Source: the human T2T-CHM13v2.0 reference genome, Homo sapiens. From it: a stretch of 64,000 nt of DNA. The stretch lies in assembly GCF_009914755.1 (NCBI RefSeq), contig NC_060931.1, one strand, 5' to 3'. The notes below the pieces were generated by a model that was not told the DNA's origin, searched no databases, and was given only the letters and a program-made list of their open reading frames with translations. Position 1 is the first letter of the stretch. Each line of letters opens with the position of its first letter. This document shows positions 56,992 through 64,000 of this stretch, piece by piece. The position numbers and the translations under genes were made by a program.

Positions 56992-57356
56992 TGTATTGGT
57001 CTGTTATGAATCACGATGCTAATAAAGACACACCCGAGACTGGGTAATTTATAAAGGAAAGAGGTTTAATTGACTCGCGGTTCCTCATGGCTGCGGGGAC
57101 CTCACAATCATGGTGGAAGGTGAATGGAGGACTCACATCTTAAATGGTGGCAGGCAAAAGAGAGCTTGTGTGGGGAGCTCCCATTTATAAAACCATCAGA
57201 TCTCATAAGCCTTATTCACTATCATGAGAACAGCATGGAAACGACCCACCCTCATGATTCAATTACCTACCACTGGGTCCCTCCTGTGGCATGTGGGAAT
57301 TATGGGAGCTACAGTTCAAGATGAGATTTGGATGGGGACACAACAAAACCATATCA
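56992..57356 (-). mobile_element. THE1B/C MaLR solo LTR
   Basis: gagactgggtaatttataaaggaaagaggtttaattgactc...aaaccatatca; perfect 5-bp TSD ATGAG (56987-56991, 57357-57361). Confidence 0.92.
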
Positions 57357-57387
57357 ATGAGCCATGTTTGAGAGCCATTGAATTAAA

Positions 57388-57555
57388 CAGTTATTCTCAA
57401 ACTTTAATCCCCTGAGTGCTTTTTAACACACACATTACTGAGCCTTCACCCTGAGTCTCTGTTCAGTAGTTCTAGGGCAGGGTGTAAGAATCTACACTTC
57501 AAGGAGTTCCCAAGTAATGCTGAGGCTGCTGGTCCATGCTTTAGGAATCACTTAT
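57388..57555. mobile_element. MER5A fossil
   Basis: cagttattctcaaacttta...ttcccaagtaatgctgaggctgctggtcc. Confidence 0.7.
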
Positions 57556-59379
57556 CTAAAGGGAGAGCCAGCTGTTGATTGGTATAGAAGCCTGAGTGTG
57601 TTACTTATTGTTTTCTAAATTTTAACCTTACCACCACCTGTGTTACTCTCTTCTTGGGAGATCCCAGGCTCCTCTGTGTGGTGCCTCCACCAAAAATACT
57701 TAAACTTGTCCAAAAAAAAAAAAAAAACAAAACCCGTAGTTGAGTTTTATGAATAAGTATTGGGCAAGGGTGCATTACTTCAATGTGGCCTAAAAATCCA
57801 CTACTTATCCTGTCAGTGCTGCCATCCAAAACCAATGTCTGTGAGCTGAGCTGCATTGATTGAGTTTGAAGTCGTCAGCCACCATATCCAGTTTTTACCC
57901 TTCAACTTCACTTGCTAGAAGAAAATAGAGGACATAATGGTTTGAAGGCTCTAATTATGGGCTGTGGAAAAGTAGGTGACTTCAGAGAGGAGATCTGGGA
58001 ACATAAGGAAACATTTTCTCTCTTAGCAACCACATGGAAACCTGCTTCCTCTGTCCCTCTTCACTCCAACTGCCCTAAAGTATAAAGAGAAGTTGCCCCT
58101 TTAGCACATATTGAGAAGCTTTATATGGTTCTAGTCTTTCAAAGTAAAAATAGGCAAGCAGATATCTAGCACTGAAGGTGGACTTAGTTTTATAAGCTTC
58201 AGATCCTCATTTAGAAAAGCTGTGCATGAATCTTATCGTCACCTTCAAAAGGGCCTGGCAAAATTCTGCATGCCTCGCAAAAGTTGAGAGATGAAACTGG
58301 ACACCAAGACGAGTCGGCTGTGTCCCATTTTTCATTTCCAATCTGAAATGTGGCTTGCACTTGGTGAATGCTTCGAGTTTCTGATCCTTTTGACATAGGT
58401 CTGCCTTGGCTTTTCTGCCTTGACTTTATCACGAATAATTCCTGAGATGCTTCATGCTGGAGAGGAACCATGTTACAGTGGAATTTTGCCTTGGAAGTTG
58501 TCTCACTTTTCCCATATAAATCTGGAAGATGAAAGACAAATTTCCAGGAGATAAAATCACAAAACAAAATGGAAAAAAAGAAAAAATAAAAGAAAAAAAG
58601 TGTGGTTTATGTCGCATGTTTCTTGCCTCACCTTGGAATTGAAATGGGCTGCTTGCCTTGATTCAGAGTGGGATTTGCTGCAGCTGTGCAGCAAGAAATA
58701 CCCCAGTACCTGATATCCTTGTAAAATCTTCTTCAGTGCTTGAGATGGGAAAAGGCAACTGCAAGTTTCCAAAGGACTGATGAGCAGTAACCCCACAGAT
58801 GGATGACTTGCTTGACAACTTATTTAATTACTCCCTGGAAGATGATGATCTTTGGGGAATGAGCATCTTGCTTTGGAGATCGAATTGCCTGCAGGATCGC
58901 ATCACTGTGTCTAAAATATAGCTTTGGAGAAACTGAAAGAGAACATTCCTTTCTTCCTTCAGCTTCCAAACAGTTTGCATACAGTGGAGGCTTAGGTTCT
59001 AATTCTTTAATAAATCACACCATACAGACAGCTACGATTCAGAGGAAACTGTACATGTTAGCAGGCTAGGAGCCATTCTCTCGTCAGAGGGCCAAGATCA
59101 AGGGCTTCACTACCCAAGACTGACTCTCGTCTCAGCACCTCCAACTCAGATTTTACTTCTGGGAATCAAGACACATTAGAAATATTTTTTCCCTCCTCTG
59201 ATCCGCATCATTTATACGCCCAACCTCAATACAGTCCTTGGAGAATGAGCTCATGCAGCCTTCATGGCAAGCTGCCTGATGTTGCTGAGTTTGGTCTCCT
59301 CCTTGAAGTGATGATGTCACAGGTACAAAAGCATCTCTCTCATATCTGATGGAGTTTAGGCAGCAAGGACCATTCAGCT

Positions 59380-60200
59380 GTTTACTTATTCATTTTGCAA
59401 ATACATGTGGACCTCTACTGTGGGGCACATCTTGAGTCATCTGCTGGAGTACCATTGTGGATGGGACAGACGTGGCTCCGGCTTCACCGAGCTGTAGTGA
59501 AGAATGAAAGTCAACACACTAGCAATTACAGAGTAGCATATAAAGGACTGTAAAGAGGTGTGAAGTACTTCAGAAGCTCTACAGAGTAATTGGTGCTCCA
59601 GAGGCCAGGAGAATGTGTCACCCACACTTCACAGGAGGGGATCTGGCTATAGTTGGGGATGGAGGAAGCTGTTCTGTAAGGTTTTTTTAGAAGGTTTTTT
59701 TTTTTTTTTTTTCCCCAGGCTGAAATCTGGAAAATGTCAGAGGAATGTGGATACACCAGAGGAAAGAAGGATTTGAAAGGGAAGTGAGGGAACAGCATGT
59801 ACAAAGGCTCAGGGCCCAGAGGAAAGATGAAATGTCCTAGAAAGTGATTTAGAATGAATAGAGTGAACAGTGAAAGCAAGAGTTTGGGAAAGAAGGCAGA
59901 AGATCTCCTTACTGACTTATTTTGTCCTGAGGGCAGACAGGAGCCACTGAAAGATTTAATCCATGAAAAAAATCTGATCAGACTTCCCTGCAGTATAAAC
60001 CGTGGATATGGAAGTAAAGTAATGGCAAATGTGTTCAGTGTTTCCTGCCTACTGGAAATCTGGTATAGAAATAAGTTGGCAGTTAGCTTTAAGGGATGGG
60101 GGCACAGTCTTATCTGGAGTTACAGATTTGGGAGATCTTCAACCTGTTTCACATCCAAGGGTGTAGATGACAATCACCTTTGAAAGTATGTGCAGATCAG
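59380..60200 (-). mobile_element. LINE-2 fragments
   Basis: ttattcattttgcaaatac...gggaacagcatgtacaaaggctcag...ggagccactgaaagattt. Confidence 0.6.
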
Positions 60201-60224
60201 AAATGATTAAATTCTAGTGGTAAG

Positions 60225-60380
60225 AATTCCATGGGATGCTTGCTGAAATGAAGGTTCCTGAGCCCCACTCCAGAGATTTTGATCCTGAAGTTCTGGGTAC
60301 ATCATGGGAATCTGCATTTTATCCAAATTCCCCATGTGCTTCTAATGTACATGGTTTGTGGATCAGATTTGGAGAAAATA
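60225..60380. mobile_element. MER5B-like fossil
   Basis: ggttcctgagccccactccagagatttt...ggaatctgcatttta. Confidence 0.6.
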
Positions 60381-60602
60381 AAACATAGGAGTAAAAGGCG
60401 AAGTAGTCCTGGGAGATAATTTGAAGAGCAGGATGACTGGACTGAATTATCCAGGATTGTTTCCTTAGGGAAGTGTCTGCTGAGTCCCAGCAGACAAGAG
60501 CACCAGTTAGTAGTGGACAAAATAAGGATAGGGAAAGCAATTATCAGCCTGCTTTGCAGGCAGCATGGGGTCTTTCAATGAGATTTAACAGGATGAATTT
60601 CT

Positions 60603-60605
<3 letters not shown>

Positions 60606-60644
<39 letters not shown>

Positions 60645-60656
60645 GCACACACACAT
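60606..60656. repeat. (CA)n microsatellite with CG interruptions
   Basis: About 17 perfect CA/AC units then gcacgcacacacaca. Confidence 0.95.
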
Positions 60657-63600
60657 ATGCATATGTTATAGGGTGTGTGTGTATAAAGAGAGAGGCTTAA
60701 AATAAATAAAAGGTTAGTTTAAGTGGCCTTCTCCATTCCAGTTTGTTAACTGCTTTATAAATACTCACAACTGATGTAGGAGGAGATGCTTCGCAAACCT
60801 TGATGCAAAAGAAAATCACTGCCTTGTAGAAGAAATGGCTTTTTATTTGGGCAAAGTTAATGCAAATACGAGAAGAGCATTTTTTTAAGTTTTGAAACTT
60901 TTGGAAAAATATTTTAGGATGGCTAGTTCTTTAACTGAGTTCTAACCACTGATGTTTGTTATCCCATGAATTCTTTGGCAACACTGAATGATCAATTGTA
61001 ATGAAAATTTCCTTTATCTAATTGAGACTAATTGTCTTATGCCACTGTTGTAATAACATGGTTTTAAAAAATATTCTAAATATTCCCTCAAAAGATTTTA
61101 ATCTGACTTACTGAATTCAAATCTAATCAAAATGAGTAATTTTTATGTAGTCATGACCCTAAGAAGAAGTATTTATTGGTCCTATATATGCCAGGGACTG
61201 TTTAGGAAGGTTTAAAGCGAGATACTTTGCTTAGTTTTCACAGAAACCTTTGTATTACCACTGTCAGATGAGGCAATTGTACCTATGGTCACACAACAAT
61301 TAAATGACCCAGCTTGAACTGGAACCAAAGTCTGGCTCCAAAGTAAATTATCAAAGAATTTGTAGGAGAATTGTGACTCATATTCAGTTTCTAATGCTTT
61401 ACTGAAGGCAACAGATTACCACCTTTTCCCACTGGCTTATATTCATGGGATAGAAACATAAAGGATATCTAGCAGGTATCTTCTTGATAAACCTCATTCC
61501 TGGGGAGATGATTATCCTAAGAAAATACCAAGTTGTCCAAGCTCTACTCATCACTTCATACTTGGTGCCTCCATCCATCCCTCCATCCATTGAATATTTA
61601 TTGAGTGCAACATGATGCAAAATCTTGAAATGTAGTGGAAAACAGAGATGAGTCCCTTCTCTCAGGGAACTTATTTTCTTGTGGACTGTACAGACTCCTG
61701 CATTGTGATGGCAGTGATGAGGTTCCAGTGACCAACAAGTAGTATAAGAATTTGTGGTGAAGACCTTTCTCAAAAAATTTAATAATTGTTCTGCTCCATG
61801 GAGCTTATCAATCATGGCTTCTGGAGGCATCTTGGCTTAATGAAAGGTGTACCAGTTGGGTAGAAATTCCCACAGCCCTTTCATCACATGATGGGCCTTT
61901 TAGGAATTCTTTCCAAACTACAAGGTTCTGGAAGCTGCTTTAATTTGGAAAATATTAGACTTGAAACTAAAACGATTCCCACTTAGTAAGATTTACTATC
62001 TTAGCCTCATTTTGCTGGTGATGCTCTGCAGGGGGCTTCTTCTAGGGATCATTTCCCATGTTTTGCCTTCCCTCGTCCTGTGCCAGCTTTGGGGGAATTC
62101 CCAGTGAGGAGTGCTGCTCAGGCAACCTCTTTCCGCATTTCTACAGCCTCTTAGGGCAGAAAAACTCTTGAATCCACGTGGAAATGGAGACTTTAAAATA
62201 TTCGAGACTGCAAAACATTCAAGGAAGAATCTGAACTTGTTCATAAAAGTTTTCTCTATCAGGAAACTTCAACTCAGTATTTAATTCAAGTCTTTTTTTG
62301 AGGCCCTACAGGACACATAATGAACCCCTGTTACAGGCAACTTTCTGAGCTCTACTGCTCAGCCTGGAATAAGAAAGGGCCTGCGAGGTTAATTTAGATT
62401 TGGCTTCACTTAACAAGATTATGACTTGTTGAACCAATCCCTTTAAGGTTTGCCAAAAAAAAAAAAAAAAAAAGGAAGAGGAGAAGAGGCAGAAAAGTAT
62501 TTATCATATTGGCAATATGCTCAAGCAACGCCTTCCTTTTCCCTGCAGTGACCCGGAGTTTGTCTCAGATACAGTAGTTGCCTCATGCTCTCCAGGGTGA
62601 TGCTATGACGGATCATCCTTCTGGGCTTCCTGTTGGAAGTAAAAAGTGGACAGTAACATATCTCCTGTCATGGAGGTTGACACGTGATCTGAGGGGGTTT
62701 AAGCCAATTGGGAATGCTCTTTGAAATGAGCAGTAAAATTAATGAAGACTATTTGAGAAGGCTACAGGGAAGGGTAGAACCTGAAGAATCTTGGGCTCCA
62801 TTGTACTCGAGAAACATCTTCTCATGAAAGTGGCATCGTTTTGCACATAGCCAAGTTAATCTCCTTCATGTTGTAGGCCTTCAAATTTTCCCAAGTCACA
62901 CAGAAGAAACAATGGCTTAGTGATAGATAACTTGTTGACCCTGCTCATAGCAGGATCCACTGCTGTCACAGTGTGTCCTCTAAGGCTAGTCGTCATACAT
63001 CTTGGGGAACCCAGACTCTTCAGGTAAGAAATGTTCTTATTGTAACCCTGGACTGTGAAAGAAAGAGGTCTGATGGCACTAGGGTGACAAAGATTTAGCT
63101 TACTCAGTGTGGGAAATAAATCTAGTCTCATAAGGTTGTGTGCCTTTGTGTGTTTTCTTGCTGAAAGAGGAGAACCACTGCCACCGTGGCTGAGGGATGT
63201 TAGTCATAGAATCAGCTCCTCTGAGCTATCTGTCCTTCCCCCATGCTTGTCCTGTTCTCTGTCTCTCTCCATGTTTCTGTCTTTGCTGTCCTGAGTACAT
63301 TCCTCCCAACTTCCAATATCCTTTGCCAAATGTTTAAATCATCTTCAAATCTTCTGAGGAGGGCCTAAATGTATGAACTCCAACTCCTATTATAGAAATT
63401 TGACATAGAGATTGGATAAAGAGAAAGTACAGGAGTTTCCAGAGAATACTGGACTATGCCTCCTCCTGTAACACTTTCATAGGAATTGTGTGGCTATCAT
63501 ACAAAACATTTGAAGTGTTCCAAGTTGTGTTTAGAATCCATTTGTGATCACTTGGGTTTAGTTAGTGTTTTGGCCCATTTTATTAAGAGGGAAGTTTCTT

Positions 63601-63876
63601 TTATATGTCTTTATTCACTTAATGAAGCAGACCACTGAGAATTTAAGATGTAAAAGAATATGTTGGTAGACTTTGTCTTCTGTTAAAGTATGCCAAAGTT
63701 GAAAAAAAACAGCCTCCCTTGATTCCAATGGTTATTTTTCAAGAAGAACCATCTTACTACCATAGCTTAATGGAAATTGGATGGAAATCCTAGTCTGAAT
63801 AAGTTAAAAATCTGATGAGTATTTTACTTTCTTTATTTTTAATGGGTTTTTATTTTTTCAGTTAAATTAATATGTG

Positions 63877-64000
63877 TGGGTGGATCAGTTGAGGTCAGGA
63901 GTTCAATACCAGTCTGATCAACATGGTGAAACCCTGCATCTACTAAAAATACAAAAATTAGCTGGGCATGGTGGCACGTGCCTGTAATCCCAGCTACTGG
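63877..64000 (+). mobile_element. 5'-truncated AluS, runs off the window end
   Basis: gggtggatcagttgaggtcaggagttc...tactaaaaatacaaaaattagctgggc. Confidence 0.9.

Noticed and set aside
37042-57356. PRDM9 hotspot motif in the THE1 LTRs
   Set aside because: The homologous sites read CCTCCTCAGCCAT and TCCCCGCAGCCAT, not CCNCCNTNNCCNC.
60474-60496. Perfect hairpin TGTCTGCTG-AGTCC-CAGCAGACA with inverted SMAD CAGA boxes
   Set aside because: A 9-bp stem with a short loop is expected a few times by chance in 64 kb; too short for a pre-miRNA; no other support.

Overview
Primate (almost certainly human) genomic DNA from inside BMPER (BMP-binding endothelial regulator / crossveinless-2), transcribed on the + strand. 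Three internal coding exons are present: 6229-6311 (83 nt), 10079-10169 (91 nt) and 14450-14532 (83 nt). They have canonical AG/GT ends and consistent phases (1-0, 0-1, 1-0), and encode one von Willebrand factor type C (VWC) repeat plus the first half of the next; from recall these are coding exons 4-6. The last 49.5 kb is one long intron with no further BMPER exon. It holds a near full-length (~6.03 kb) L1PA2/late-L1PA3 element antisense to the gene (28354-34380, perfect 15-16 bp TSD, ORF1 and ORF2 disabled, ORF0 open) and an old ~5 kb L1M. The window also carries eight Alus, MaLR LTRs (MSTD, MLT1, THE1), DNA-transposon fossils (MER20, MER5, MER33, MER47A), MIR/L2 fragments and microsatellites. 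Almost all other ORF-track entries are chance or repeat-derived. I see no new protein family or RNA gene. The best leads are transcript-architecture hypotheses: L1 antisense-promoter 'gene breaking' with an in-frame ORF0-BMPER splice, intronic polyadenylation after the last exon, and an Alu-flanked stop-free 174-nt circle. Repeat subfamily names are from recalled consensus sequences, not a search.
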